64,000 nt of DNA from Bigelowiella natans CCMP2755 (GCA_000320545.1 ADNK01002758.1:62170-126169), one strand, 5' to 3'. Positions 39,976 through 54,605 are shown, counted from the first letter of the stretch. Program-made: numbers and translations. The notes: generated by a model not told the origin, from the letters alone.

Positions 39976-40625
39976 TTAATTTACAACTGCCTGTCCTCGT
40001 CCTTTAATTGCACCGCCTTTATTTTCTGCTCTCCGTTTCTTATTGTTTTTGGCAGCGTTGTTGCTTCTTTTACCAGTGTTCGAATTGCTATTTCTATTGT
40101 TAGGTTTCTTTTTCCTTCCTGTGTTGAGAGGCGCCTCTTTAATCGTATCTGTGTACTCTGATTTCATATTTTTTTCTTCCTTCATGCGTTGTTCCTTGGT
40201 ACTGGCATTATTGTTCTTGTTGCTCTTCCTTATGGCCTGCCCACCCCTTGAACCGCGTTGTCGCGGCTTTCCTGATGCTACTCCCAGCTGCTCTTGCTGC
40301 TGCTTCTTTTGTTGCCGGCTACCCCTGGATCTCGCACGAGTTTTCACCCCAGTTACTTTTTGGCGGTGCTAAATCAGATAGTAGGTTGTTAATCTTATTT
40401 TAACATTCTCCCTTTTTTAATAATTTATGTGTACACCATAATTATTACCTGCTCCTCGAGAGGCTTGCTTCCCTGTCCTGCTCTTTTCTTTGTAATATTT
40501 GCTGGTGGTGAGCTGCTTGGAGGCGGCGGCTTCACGTTTCGTGATGACACAGGTAACTGCTGCTGCTGCCGCCCCATCTTTGTATCACGATGTGCTGATA
40601 ACATCTTAAAATTCTGAAAATATGA

Positions 40626-40694
<69 letters not shown>

Positions 40695-41874
40695 GGTAGC
40701 ATATATGTGCTCTCTGAGAATGCAATTAACACACCCTGTTATCTTTTCCAACCTCCTCCATTCTTTCTCCCTTCAAATATATCAGCCAGAAATACAAATA
40801 CACTTCTACGCGCACACTATATATTGACTTATGTGCATTATATGTGCCACAATACGTGTTTTTGTAAAATTGCGTTCCACACTGAATTTTGCTCAAGTTT
40901 ATGTCATTTTGGAGTTATTGATAATGTTGTCAAAAGCATCGATTTGCTCGTTCTTCTTACCAAGAGCTTGCCGTAGGTGGGATCTTCAAGGCATTGTTCG
41001 AATAACACTCGCTTTGAAACACCGGCAAACCGTGGACCTTTTTTCACTGCAACGGGTGTAGTACTCCCCTGTGTAGTAGCACCACTAGAATAGATTTTGT
41101 CAGTTCCTTCGTCCTTGTGTTGCTGCTGTCTTTCTGATCTCTCACTGCTGCTATGTGTCTCCAATTTGCTGCTGCCCTTCTTCTCCGTCTCCTTGATTTG
41201 CACACCTCTCCTGCTTGTCATCGGTCCTCGGCGTCGCTTATTCCCGACATCTAGTAAAATTGTGTTTTGGTTAGTATAATTTGATGGCATGTTGGAAATA
41301 GGTACGATATATACAGAACAAATCAATGCTTGTTGACGAAAATATAATTTATTGAAAGACTAAGAAAACTTCAAGTGCGTATTCTGTTTTGGCTAACTCC
41401 CAAATTGTAACGTTAACCATCTTTGGAAAAAACACTAAGATTTGATGACGCTGCCGCATGATATTAGAACGACCTTTCTCCTGCTGTTTTCCCTCCTCTG
41501 CAGCAGGTCTACTTCTGCTCTTCCCTTTCTTTGTCGATTTAGCGTTCCCACTTTTGTTAGCAACTGCCAAGGACTTTTTAGCTTCACCATTTTTACTTTT
41601 ATTTTGGTTCTGCATGGTATCTGTTTTCTTCATCCTCTTATTCTGCTGCTTATCTTGCTTTTGTCGGCGTGGTGTTTCTCCCTCCTCATCAGCGGAGTAT
41701 TTCTTTCTTGCAGATTTCTTTCCCTCTTTCTTTTGTTTTGAATTACTATCACTGCTATTCTTTTTGATTTTGCTTCTCCTATTACCATCTAATTTCTGTC
41801 TATTTGCTTCCCCCCCACCAGCTGCTTGCCCACTTGCTTGATGAGATGTGGAAGCTTTCGTGTCTGGTTTCTTG

Positions 41875-41908
<34 letters not shown>

Positions 41909-43194
41909 CCTTGATCCTCCAACGCTGTTTTGTCTTACCATTATGAGTTCCTTCCCTATTATTAGCTGCTGCTGATGCCTCTACTTTTGATGAAGTAGTT
42001 CTAGGAGTGCTTCCAGGAACTCCCTGGTCCCCCCCCCCTTTCTGCCCCTTTCCCGTTCTTTTCTTCCCGGAAGAGGTTCTAGATGACGTAGTATCATCGA
42101 TAGATCGGCTATCGACTGTTGATTTCTTGCCTCCTGTGTTGGACGTCTTAGGCACCCATCTAGTAGACTTTTGAGTTCCCCCTTTCTTTACAGTTGATGT
42201 GGTGGTTGTAGCTGCTGCTGTAGCAGTAGAAGCTTTTGTAGCACGAGGCTTCTTTGCCTTCTTTGCTTCCTTTGCGGACTTACCATCCGTTACTCTTTCG
42301 GTTTTATTGTTTGCTTTCCTCTCTGTCTTAGCCTTTTTCTGTGTAGTTTTTCTCTTCGCCTTTGCTGTGTTTGCTTTATTTCTCTTCTGCTCCGTTACTG
42401 TTGCTCGCACTTTCTTACTGTTAGTATTATTACCCTTTGCAATAATCGCCCTCGCGGATTTAATGCGAGCGCTAATGGAATTAATCGACGTTATGATGTC
42501 ATCTTGCCTCTCCTTTAGAAGTACCATGTTTTTGTTCTTCTGATGATGTCCTCCTTTCTGGTCGCTTTTTTTCTCCTCGCTTATCGTAGCTGCTGCGCTG
42601 CCCTTATCATCATTCTTCTCGCTCATTTTAGCTGCTACGCTGTCCTTGTTCTCATTCTTCTCGCTCATCGCAGCTGCTGCGCTGCCCTTGTCATCATTCT
42701 CCTCGCTCATCGTAGCTGCTGCGCTGCCCTTGTTCTCATTCTTCTCGCTCATTTTAGCTGCTGTGATGTCCTTGTTCTCATTATTCTCGCTCATCGCAGC
42801 TACTGTGCTGTCCTTGTTCCCATTTTCCTCGCTCATCGTAGCTGCTGTGCCATCTTTGTTCTCATTCTCCTCGCTCATTTTAGCTGCTGCGCTGTCCTTG
42901 TTCTCAGCTTGCAAAGAGCTCACTGCTTCATTGGGCTTCCCTGCTTGTTGCGATGCAATCTCATCCTATGAAAAAACACCACATGTGACAGTTATGATTG
43001 TGTCAGAGCATGCTGTTGACTGTGGAGAAGAACTAACTGCGTTCAATCATAAACATCTCTATGGTGACTTCATAAGCTCTGTTAGGAGGGTTTGAGCTTG
43101 CACATAGATTTTACTTTGCACCGGTGATGGTAACCTTTTTGGCTTGATCCAAACTTTGAGCTGCAGCCTTCTCCACGTCAGTATCTGCGGTCAT
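39976..43194 (-). CDS. Lys/Ser/Asn-rich low-complexity protein with N-terminal 14-aa repeats
   Basis: Exon 1 MTADTDVEKAAAQSLDQAKK (43194-43135) splices in frame to the 524-aa ORF 41349-42923, with further exons near 41230-40975, 40580-40449 and 40369-39976. No recognisable globular domain. Confidence 0.65.
42567..42902 (-). repeat. Coding minisatellite, 8 x 42 bp (consensus NKDSAAAKMSEENE)
   Basis: Eight consecutive 14-aa units are visible in the 41349-42923 translation and as repeated tcgctcat...gctgct...cttgttctca units on the + strand. Confidence 0.92.
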
Positions 43195-43824
43195 GACAAT
43201 CGTACCTACCGAAGGAATGGGGAACGAAAGGTGGCTGTGCGGGTTGAGGAAAACGAGAAGAATCCTGCACCTCCTTCGTAGAACAGGATAATTTCACAAA
43301 TAGGACCTATTTCTCCCTTGCGACTTACTCAGATGAGGGAATTCTGTACATGCAATGTCCAGCATCGAACAGATATTTTCGGCCTGGAAAACGCAATATG
43401 CGTCAAGCAAGAACGGAGTGATTCCGAAGGTAAATGGCTGTGCGATGCGTATCTTGCTGATCGCCGCTGGAAATCTTACGATATTTCTCGCATCGAGAAT
43501 AGTCTAAAGCTGCAGTGTTGATTACGGAAAGAAATCTAGGATATTCCTCCGATCGGAAATAGTAACAATCTGAGGCATGGGCAGTAGTCGAATTAACAAC
43601 CACACGCTTCCATGTACTGAGCCTACTAGATGAACAGGGAGGGGGGGAGGGATTACTGAGATTGTAACATACCATTCATCGCCGAATTTGTTTACATCAG
43701 AGCTAATCGATCTGAATAAGAACGGGGGGAAACAAGTTTCGTCAAAACAGCACTGCTCATGAAGAACATCCTCTAGACGCTGCTTCGCTTCCAATCCTCG
43801 AAGCAAATCCCATCAAGAACAATA

Positions 43825-44517
43825 ATGAATGTACAGGAGACTGAGGACGACAGCAAGGCGAAGTAAATTATTCTTCATATATCCCCATTATGTTCTGTTT
43901 GCATTTCCTTGACTGAAGGAGTTAAAGCAACCCCAAAAACTGTGTTGTTGGGAATAATGTTGGGGTACCTACGTCGTTGTCATCGTCGTTGTCGTATCGT
44001 CACACTAAATAAAGTCACAATAATCAGGCTATTGTCACCGTGTTCCCCAGCTTTGTTGCAAGATGTAGAAGGCAGTAGCATCCAGAACCAAGGCAATCAC
44101 TCTCCAGATCGCAAGGTAGTAGTAGTAGGCAATGCAGACGAAACACGTACGAATGAAGGAAGGGGGGGGATGAGGAGGAGGAGGAGGAAGGAGCATGGAG
44201 AGGGGCGATAGGATCCAATTTAGATTTGACATTTGATAGAAGCTAATTTGTATTGAAAGCGAGAAGAGGACCTCCGGATATTGGCAGTAACATACTCCGT
44301 GCTCTTCTCAAGGTAATGCCAATTCAATCAGCACGAAAATTGATTAGATGATCCTTGTCGATTATTCTTGTTGATGATATGCAATCTGGATATTATGGTG
44401 AACAGATACGCCATAGCGACTTTTCTCTCGTCGTTTTTCCCTACCTATGCAGAAGGTGATGATCAGACATCGGTTATCATATCAGACAAAATGATAATTT
44501 CACACTAAATTCTGCAT

Positions 44518-44582
<65 letters not shown>

Positions 44583-44758
44583 ACTATGCTCAGACAATAA
44601 CATTTCGGGCACAATATCTGGTCTTATCTTTGCGGCATATCCTTTGGGGATAACAATTACATCAGCTGTGGGAACAGATTGGATGCACAGGTACTACTAT
44701 TTATCTTGTAACTTCCTAATAATACTCATAATTACTATCACCTCAAATTGATGCTTGC

Positions 44759-44805
<47 letters not shown>

Positions 44806-44881
44806 TGTGTGTGTGTGTGTATGCCGCGCTTCGTTTCGAATCCTCTCAATAAAAAACACAACTTAATCAGTGTCATCATTG

Positions 44882-44914
<33 letters not shown>

Positions 44915-45160
44915 GGCTCGGATTGAAATCGTGTTTAGTTGTGGGAATGATAAACACAACATTGTTTACGTTTTTGTTTGGGGCAACTCCAACACTCTGT
45001 AAGGTAGGCAGATGATGAAAAAACAGCCCTTGTTATTCTCTCACTCACTGACAGCACTATAATAACAAACAAACAGAGGTTTGGATTTGGTGATCAAAAC
45101 CAGCAATGGTTCTTTTTGCTATTCTACTTCTTGGGAGGACTGGTAAGATCTAAATTCATA

Positions 45161-45204
<44 letters not shown>

Positions 45205-45336
45205 CTCTCCTCCCATGGAAGATCAACTTGTGACATCATTATGCATGCGGAGAGAATGTGTGTAATACGGTTTCTTTTCACCTCTTCATCAATATACTCT
45301 TACAGTTGTTCTCACAGAAATAACCACTTCCACCAC

Positions 45337-45372
<36 letters not shown>

Positions 45373-45389
45373 GCCAACAAGAACTAAAA

Positions 45390-45421
<32 letters not shown>

Positions 45422-46363
45422 CTCAGGGGGGGGCCGTAGCAGAAACGGGTTGCATCATGATCGCAAATTACCGTTTTCGAGAGAATTCTGGAGCAATTTC
45501 AGCTTCTATTGGGACTGTGTGTGGCCTGGGTAGTAGTAGTAGTAGTAGTAGTTGTTGTTGTTGTAGTAATTGTGCTTGTAGTCGGTTGCTCTCTTTTCCT
45601 TTATTCAAATACGGTGATGCTGCTTGAGTCAGTCAGGAGTTATTGATGATTCTCACCACTAGCGAATGACCAACTTATTCTTATCATTACAAGCACTACC
45701 TTTTCAATATCATCATGATTATCATCATCATCATCAATCATCATCATCGTTCTCGACTCAGTACTAATTATCGTTATCATGATCATCATGAAACTAGGAT
45801 GCATGGCTGGCCCACCTATGGGTACGTATGGTGACGACGATGATGATGATGATGGTGGTGATGATGATGATGAGGATGATGGTGATGATGGATAAGATAG
45901 CGAATGAAAGTCATATCGAGATATATTCTAATAACTCTCCTCTCAATAGACTTCCTTGTTGTCGTTGTCGTTGTTGTTGTAGTTATTGTTATTGTTGATG
46001 ATGATGATGATGATGATATCCATCATCTTTCGTGTAATTATTGCTATTGAGATGTTAGCTGACGATAACAGCCGAAGTACTGTTGTTGCTATTGTTGTTA
46101 TCTTCCCCCCCCCCACTGAATGATTGATTGATTGATTGATTGGTTGGTGTGCTGTGCCTGGTGGTGTATTATTGTCAAAGGTGGTATACTATATGACTAC
46201 GGCGCCTACACGGGGCTGACAGCGTTCTTCTTTCCATTTCTCGTCTTCTCTGCAGTGCCGTTTATCATCCTAGCTGCCCTTCCTTTTGCCCTTGGGCCAT
46301 CATTCTCGGTATGATGATGACACTATGTTGTTACTGAGTAGTTTTGGTGTGCGTGTTTGTGCG

Positions 46364-46419
<56 letters not shown>

Positions 46420-46523
46420 AGAGAAGAGTCATGGAGGCGGACCAGGATTGTTTCCCTTCGTGTTCTGAATTGTGTCTTCCTGTTCTTCACTAGAATAAAG
46501 TTTGATTTGCTATGAGATTTATT

Positions 46524-46557
<34 letters not shown>

Positions 46558-47426
46558 CTGATTGATTATGGTTGGTCCTACTAGTAAGAAGAAGCATCTT
46601 CCATTGTTTCATGCTTCTTTCATCAGTGAATGGTGTGATACACAAAACTGATCGTTGGCATACCTAAACACACAACTCGCTACCTCTATATCAGGACGAA
46701 GACATGTCTGCTTCACAACAGCAACAACAACAACAACAACGTTCCGAAGAAAGAGAGCAAATGCATAACGACGAAGAGCTGAACGGAGTTCCGCCTAATG
46801 ATAATGATGAGGGGAAAAATGATGATGATGACGATGATGATGGTGATACTACTACTTCTGCTACCACCTCTATCACCAAGGTATTGATGCGAACAAGCTA
46901 GGAAAAGAAGAAGAAGACGACGACGATGATGATGATGATGATGATGATGGGTGATGATGAGTAGCAATGGTAAGTATTCAGTACATTTTAATGAAGGTCC
47001 ACGCGCACCCCAGATAATAATAGTAATAATAAATCATAATAATATATAGCCGGGGAGCAGCCTTAATGGCATTCTTCTACGATCCCATCAACACCGTAGT
47101 TCATAATGGTGATGATGATGATATTGATGATGATGATAATGATGATGATGATGATGATGCTACTAGGTTATGACGAAATCACGGCTCGTGTCTTTGATCG
47201 CAATGGGGTAGGCTTTTGTGGCCGAATTACTACTTATAATTGTTATTATAATGATCGTTATTGTTATTATCTCTCTTTGGCGTGATGCTTGTTGCTGCTG
47301 GGTTGTGTCCTTACATAACAAGTTATATAGCTATATTCCTTCAAATTTGATGGCATCATCATCATCATCTCATCATGAGGACAACTTACATTGTACTAGC
47401 TCATGTCAGCCCAAGTATGCATGTAG

Positions 47427-47466
<40 letters not shown>

Positions 47467-48001
47467 TGTGTGCGTGTGTGTATGGGGGGTTGCGTGCGCA
47501 AAAGCAGCTTTTAAGAGTACAATCCTTCTACAAGTTCTTCTGACCTTCCTCCTCCTCCTGTAACGTCTTCTTGTTGTTCTTGTTCTTGTTCTTCTTCTAA
47601 TAATGTAAGTATCAATGGAGGGCTAGTGTCAAGCTTAGATCCAACTTTAGCCTACCGTCTTAGCAGCAAAGTAAACATTTCTCGATCCTTATCATCACCA
47701 TCATCGTCGTCATCATCACCATTATCATTATCAGTATCATCGTCATCATGTTCTTCGTCTATGTTTCTATCTTAGTCCATATGACAATCATCATCATCAT
47801 CATCATCACTATCAGCCTATTGACTACTCAAGCACAATGGTGGGGCTGGTGTTCATGGTATCTTCCATCTCGTACATCGTCACGTCAATACCTTGCGGCT
47901 ACATCATGGACTATTACAAGGTGCTGCTAGTAACTTGCTAAGTGACTATTAAACTACTACCAAGATGTGATCAATGTGGAAAACAAAGGAGGAGACAGCA
48001 A

Positions 48002-48035
<34 letters not shown>

Positions 48036-48404
48036 GTGATGATATCAGGGTTGTAGCTACGTATTTAAGGGGGTTCAAGCTGGCGGTCTGCTGTCTTTGT
48101 TTGTTTGCTTTATGATGCTCGGCCCTCTTCAATTGAGGTAGTAGTAGTAGTAGTAGTAGCAGTAGTAGTAGTACTTAAGAGAGATTTGCTGAAGAAGAGG
48201 ACGATTAAGCGATGTGTGCTCCTTTATGATGACGACGTATATGTCACAACAATTACTCGAAGTAGATGAGTGCAAAGTAGGAGTAGTAGTGGTAGTGGAA
48301 GTGAGCAGTTATAAGTGGTTGGATATAAGCGGTGTTGGATATTTGCCACCTGGTATCTAATTTATACTACTATCGTTTGCTCGCTCTCTCTCTCTTTCTC
48401 TCTC

Positions 48405-48447
<43 letters not shown>

Positions 48448-48515
48448 AGGATATTTCAATCTGCATTCAACAACGTTCCCTCTGCATGGATCGGCATGCT
48501 TCTGAAGGGTGATAT

Positions 48516-48550
<35 letters not shown>

Positions 48551-48765
48551 AACTCCTAATTATTGGTGTATTTACGCGCATCTCTTGGCAATAACAAACC
48601 TAGAAATGTTTTGATATCACTATTCTTAACATCGTCATCATCATCGTCGTCATCATCTTCATTATCATCATGATGCTGCAGGGATTGGTAGCACTGGCAA
48701 CAACGCAGTATATCCTGATCTCGTCATAGGAGTAATAAGAGACCATTTAGTCATCCTCCTTTCCT

Positions 48766-48806
<41 letters not shown>

Positions 48807-48891
48807 CTTAATATGTGTGTGTGTGTGTGTGTTGGCGGCGTTAATTTGGAGATGTATAGTAGTATATATAATTAACAGGGTGATAACAACG

Positions 48892-48923
<32 letters not shown>

Positions 48924-49145
48924 AATGACGATATATGCTTAATAACGTTAGTGCTTCTTACCAAATGAATAAGAACCTACTACCGCTACTACTATAGAAT
49001 TTGTTAATAAGATAGCAGTAGGTGATGGTGGTAGTAATGATGATAGAATGACGAATATTCTCGATGATTCTCTTATATCATTGGCTCTTAGCATTGGACA
49101 GTACGTAAAATTTGCACCATTATTATGATCGTTATTATGATTGTT

Positions 49146-49180
<35 letters not shown>

Positions 49181-50267
49181 TATCTCCTTGTTCTCCTTCT
49201 TCTTCTTCTTCTTCTTCTTCTTCTTCTTCTTCTTCACTTCAGATACGAGGCAACGATGAAAAAGTGCATGCAATGATATCAGGAGTTTGGAATGCAGTGT
49301 AAGTCTCCCAGTAACTAGACGATGATAGATCATCAATAAGCAATAGATAAAGAACACGAAGAACAAGAACAAGAAGAAGGGGATGTGGACGATGATAGAA
49401 ATAAATTCAAACACGAGGACCCAACGCAGTAAGATGTTCTCATAATGGCCTCTCTCTCTCTCTTTCTCTCTCTCTCTTTGCCTTAATTTTCATTCAGATA
49501 TGCTGTGGGATGGGCCATTGGACCTTTATATGGCGGAGCAGTATACCAGGTAGTAGCATCTAGTATTGTGAGTGTGTGAGTATTTGTGTGTGTGTGTGTG
49601 TGTGTGCGTATTCAGGGCCACTGTTCTTAAATTATCGGTTTGTTAATCATATTCTCCTTCCATCCGTTTCGCAAATGATCATCTCGATTTGTATGATTGA
49701 CCAACTTTGGTATGGTGTACTTTGTATCTTCTCGTAGGCTTTTGGATTTGCAGGATATGCCACCATAAATGCAATGTAGTGTGAGTTTTTTAGCAGTAGT
49801 GCCGCATGCAGTCCAATGATATCGATATATCACCGACCAGTAATGGCTCTCACTCATTTATTGCTTTATCAATTATTTGTTTAGTATAGCACTAGTGTGC
49901 TCATCGATGCTGTTCCTGACCTCGATTCCTTCTGTCTCGCATTATCTTAACAAAACAACCACAAAAGTATACGTCACCAGGTGTGCTCCTCCATAGCAGT
50001 TATTAAAGTAGTTCAATCTAGCTATTCATAACCTTTATTTTGGTCGATGCGACGAATTGCCTTACTTGTGTGCAATGCATGTTTGCATAATGATGTATCA
50101 GCGACAGCCTGACCACAGCTCCTCAAGGATTTGAACCAATACCGGCTCACGATCCACAGGACAATGACGTTGATGATGTTGATGAGAATGGTTATCGAGA
50201 GAAAGGAGTAGGACGGTTGGAAGGTATGCAAGAGGAGCGAAAGAGGCAACCAAACCACGTGCAGTAG
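43825..50267 (+). CDS. MFS transporter, SLC18B1 / vesicular amine transporter-like
   Basis: Many short hydrophobic exons: YAIATFLSSFFPTYAE, SGTISGLIFAAYPLG, GLGCMAGPPMGGILYDYG...FFPFLVFS, SLDPTLAYRL, STMVGLVFMVSSISYIVTSIPCGYIMD, YAVGWAIGPLYGGAVYQ, GFAGYAT. These match the MFS N- and C-half helix motifs. Confidence 0.82.
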
Positions 50268-50299
50268 AGCACTCTATAGAATGATCTTTCTGATTTCAC

Positions 50300-51240
50300 A
50301 GAATAATAAACAATTGATTGTTAAGAGTTAGCCATATTTAGTTATGATCATGTAGCTTAGAGTAGGCCATGCTTGCGCCTTGCTTTGTACATTTGGTGAT
50401 GCTCAGCGCTAGCCCATGGCGATGGGCCTGCAATTAAATGTACACACATATACTACTAGTCTAGAAGCACACATGAGCCATGAGCCATGCTAGCATGTTA
50501 CATATGTCCTAAAGGGTGTACGTTTTGTGCCCTATTGGCAGCCACGACGTACATGACACACACATGCTACATGTAGCATTGTACGTCAAAATTCATATGT
50601 GTCAGTACGTCTTTTAAGTGAATATGATTGCAAATGAAAGATAATTGTTGGCCACTGTTGCTTTCACGGCAAAAGCAATGACATCGTCTAGATCATATCG
50701 CCAATGCTAGATTACTCCGATGTGTGATCATGCACATGTGTGTGCTAAAAATACCGTGCATCATATGATAGACATATTGCTGTGTCTATTATTCATCGTA
50801 TGAGGAATCAGCTCACTGCCATAGTGATGCGTGACGACAAATAACATAAAGGAAAACATTGACTTGCCATGAATTCAAAGGAAACACGCACAGCTAGGCA
50901 GCTGCGCGAAACGCGCGATATTCAAGACCGAAACAACATGCATTTGCATTTGATTGCATGAAACACATTATAGCTGGATAGCGGAGACCAACAGATTCAA
51001 CATTAGCGCTGTAGCCGCTGTTTTGCACAGCTACATATGAGGATGACCATTGAAGAAATTTAATTTGATTTATTACATCCGTCTTACCATATGCGCAGCT
51101 AAATCGGGATTGAAAGAATGCAATTCATAACATCCATCTCATATATAATATGCTGCATATAATGTAATTTTGAATATAAGATCAACGTGTTTGACTTACA
51201 TTCCCATTGGGCATATGAGCGAATGCACGCCTGGTTAAAA
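50300..51240. other. CATG/CTAG-rich tail-to-tail spacer 5
   Basis: gcgctagcccatgg, actagtctag, catgagccatgagccatgctagcatg; contains repeat copy 2. Confidence 0.75.
50984..51085 (-). repeat. Dispersed ~100-bp repeat, copy 2 (inverted relative to copy 1)
   Basis: Reverse complement reads AAGACGGATGTAATAAATCAAATTAAATTTCTTCAATGGTCATCCTCATATGTAGCTGTGCAAAACAGCGGCTACAGCGCTAATGTTGAATCTGTTGGTCTC. Confidence 0.9.
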
Positions 51241-51247
51241 CTGTCCT

Positions 51248-51395
51248 TCAATGATCAAATGTGCCCCGAAGAATGGAAATATTTTTGTTAGCAAATCGTG
51301 TAGCGGTGCGATGAGATGAGCTAGCTGCTGAGGTTGCTAAAATACAACAGGTCTTGTACATCCATATTGATATATACATATATAAATATATACAT

Positions 51396-51429
<34 letters not shown>

Positions 51430-52533
51430 ATATATATATATATTTCGGTAGTGTAGAGCAAAAGGATGCTATCAACTTAAGAGTCGGGCTTTTCATCGTT
51501 TATGAACGACGGCGAATGAATATATCTATCGTAACACAATTCTTCCTTTATAGACTTGTTTGTCCTCCCGACCTTGCAGCACTATGTGTTCTTCAGTCTC
51601 TAATACATCCTAGTAAGTGATGATCATGGTCAATCAACACAACTCGATGACTACTACTACTACTACTACTACTACTACTGCTGCTACTACAATTCGGATA
51701 TCATCGAAGCAAATGAATATGTGTGCGAACAAACTAATCTGTTATGATGCTGCTAGATTAATTATCATTAGAAATGCAGTAATTTTCCCCCATTACTAGC
51801 ACCTACCAGTGCTTGGTGGACGTAGAAAAATGGAGAGGAAAACGACCCCTCAACCTCTGCAGAGATGACTCCTCTTCCTGTGTATGCCATAACACGCACC
51901 ATCATGTCATCCTCTTCTTGCGAGTATGTGTATTGTGCTCGATTGCTAGAGCGCCTCCCCTGCTCCTACTCCTCTCCATCAAGGGCAGGGATGTACAAGC
52001 GATGGCCTTTACTACATAGCTAGCACCACCTTGAGGCCCCTTTACAGTGAACATGATCTGAAGGCGATTTGGCCGATACCAACGCGTGATAAAGCCTTGG
52101 TATTTGGCTCTTTCCTCTGGATCTGTCCTTATACCCCCTTTTGGTAGTAGTAGTAGTAGTAGTAGTAGTAGGAGTATGAGTAAGAAAATGTATAATAGTC
52201 GTCAAATTGCCATCCCTTGATAGGTCAGAAACAGCACCATGCACGTATGCATTATAACCTATAATTATTGTTATTGTTATTTTTGGTACACTTATAAAGC
52301 ATATTGGATATATGATGCTACTATCATCATGCGGCAATATTACTGTGCAAATACGATAACCTGGAATGAACGTGTAGGCTCTGAATTCACTGAGAGGCTT
52401 GATGGGGGTGCCAAGCTTCTTCTTGATAATGGGGTCACTTTGTAGCGCTAAGTATTTGTTGTGGGGAAAAACGGAATAATATATATATAAATATAATTTT
52501 ACATAAAGCATTTATAATAAATATTAAAAAATA

Positions 52534-52570
<37 letters not shown>

Positions 52571-53006
52571 TTTTTTATAATTATATATATTATGTTAGCC
52601 TCGATTGTTTACACCTCTCATCATTCCGCGATACACCATTTCCGGCCTCAAGGACAGAAAACTGAATGATAGCATAGAAGAATTACATATGTTCATCAGT
52701 ATCTTAATTGTTGTGCAAACATCGAATCATCTTGATAATCATAATCCTGCTTCTCTTTGTTTCGCCCTCTCGTTCATTCATTCTTCCTTATCACTAGCCA
52801 TTCATTTTGCTACTGCTATGCGAAGAAGCACCTTCTTGAAGTGAAGTAGCAGACAACAATAATAGCCGCTCCGGAAAAGCAACCGAGTAGGAACCCGACT
52901 TTAAGGCCATCCCATATCGTCACCCCAGAGAAGAACGACTTTGTGGAAGCAGCGACGCAACAGCGATGACAAATATATTAAATGGATGATGATACTTATA
53001 TGTAAG

Positions 53007-53042
<36 letters not shown>

Positions 53043-53692
53043 ATAAACTTATCTGCAGTTGCATTGGCGCATCGACGCAACCCCCTCCTTCCCCCCTCCA
53101 AAATCATGATCTCCTCCTATTTGTTGTTGTTGTAGTAGTAGTAGTAGTAGTAGTAGTAATAGTAATAGTACCGCAGTTTGATATCCTGTCTTGAGAATCA
53201 GGTAGATCGCAAGGCTAGCACCCCCAATCATAGCATATGACCTAAGATACCCCGGAGAGAAGTAGGCTGCAAGCTGCTTCACACGATCTGTATGGTGTGG
53301 GAGCGACATTTATCAACTGAGAATTACTATCACCATTGCAAAAATGTGGATTGTAATGTGCATGATGAGGAGCAGCTGAGAGAGCATCCCTACCTCACCT
53401 CAATTCAGAATACAATATTACCAACAGGTTCTTTGCTTGAAGAAGAAAGCAGACGAAGAACTTTTCGTCTTGGACCCGTTGTTCTCGAGATCAACGCCAT
53501 TGGACTGACCTTCCTCAAAGATGCAAACCCTCTTCCAAGTAGACCGCTATTCCGAGATGACAACCACTTGCTCGCCGCAGAGCCTTTGGTAATGATGGAT
53601 GAGAAGCTCCTAGATCGACCCGATGAGAGAGGAGATACATGGAGAGCGTGAAAGGATAATATTTGTCTAGGCCGAATGATGCTACGAAGCAT
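51248..53692 (-). CDS. Mitochondrial inner-membrane Tim21/Coa1-like protein
   Basis: Arg/Ser-rich, acid-poor presequence-like N-terminus (MLRSIIRPRQILSF...). TM segments, then FLSLRPEMVYRGMMR|ALQSDPIIKKKLGTPIKPLSEFRAYTFIPG and RLQIMFTVKGPQG, matching the Tim21-like P..VY..A...L....LG.P....RAY...F.V.G pattern. Confidence 0.7.
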
Positions 53693-54362
53693 TTCGTAGT
53701 ACAACTAGTAGTAGGATCCTTGGTGGGCTTTGATAAACGCGTGTGCGCTCACAGGGGTCGATATGCGAGGGGGCGAGGATTTCACGAAACCTAGGTGCGA
53801 CTTGGCAACCATGTTGTCGCAGTATATCTATGCATGATACTCTCTGCAAATTGTGATATTCAGAGATATCGCATGACGTATCCACGATTCAACTTAGCAT
53901 TCAGGCAAATCTCAATCTACGACAATTTTGAAAAATGGCTTCGAATAAGACTTACCGGTACTTACAGGAATTTAGAGGCGAAATAATGTTTGTCGCGATT
54001 TCCAAACGCGATGCAATTTTACATAGGTCTTCGGTATTTGTGTGCACAAAACGAAGTTAAGCTCACAGGTAATTTCTCATCGATTTGCGATTGCTACTGA
54101 TGACAACCTTTCCACAAGTTGTATTTCCTTGAAAAACGAGAAGATATTGGCTCAACATTACTAAAAATGGCCTGCGTTTATACAAAAACCGGTGCTGTTC
54201 TTTCTTCTCAACGCCTCTCCTGTGAGAGCACTACCCGCTCCGACCCTCCCCCTTCACAGCAACCAGCTTGCTCTCCTACCAGGCGGCGATCTTGCTTGGT
54301 TCATTTCTTTTTTTAAGCTGATAATAGACTTAGTTCTTGGTGCACTGGTACGAAGGCAGGCG
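53693..54362. promoter_or_regulatory. Putative bidirectional promoter (also 556-1199, 15621-16283, 24851-25224, 43195-43824, 61727-62137)
   Basis: Short gap between divergent ATGs, with CpG retained (acgcg, tcgcg) and few CTAG words. Inferred from position only. Confidence 0.5.
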
Positions 54363-54605
54363 ATGGGGAACCATTCTGGGAAGGACAAGAAAACAGGTGA
54401 GGATACCGTCCTCTCAGAGACAACCAGCACAGAGGATGGAAAACAACCTAAGAAACAAATTAAAGGAGGAAGGAAACGCAAGTCAATAAATCTGGAGGAA
54501 ACTTGGAAAATATTCGACGACGATCCGGTAGCTATAGTACGAGGCATATTTTTTAAGGAAACATACCATGTACACAACCATTTTTTTGCGAGATATTAGC
54601 AACAT

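Larger units (their letters stand above)
44100..53200. repeat. Abundant intronic microsatellites, block 2
   Basis: Same repeat classes in most introns of the MFS and Tim21-like genes. Confidence 0.95.

Noticed and set aside
42543-43095. + strand hydrophobic repeat ORFs resembling membrane proteins
   Set aside because: Antisense frames of the 42-bp coding minisatellite.
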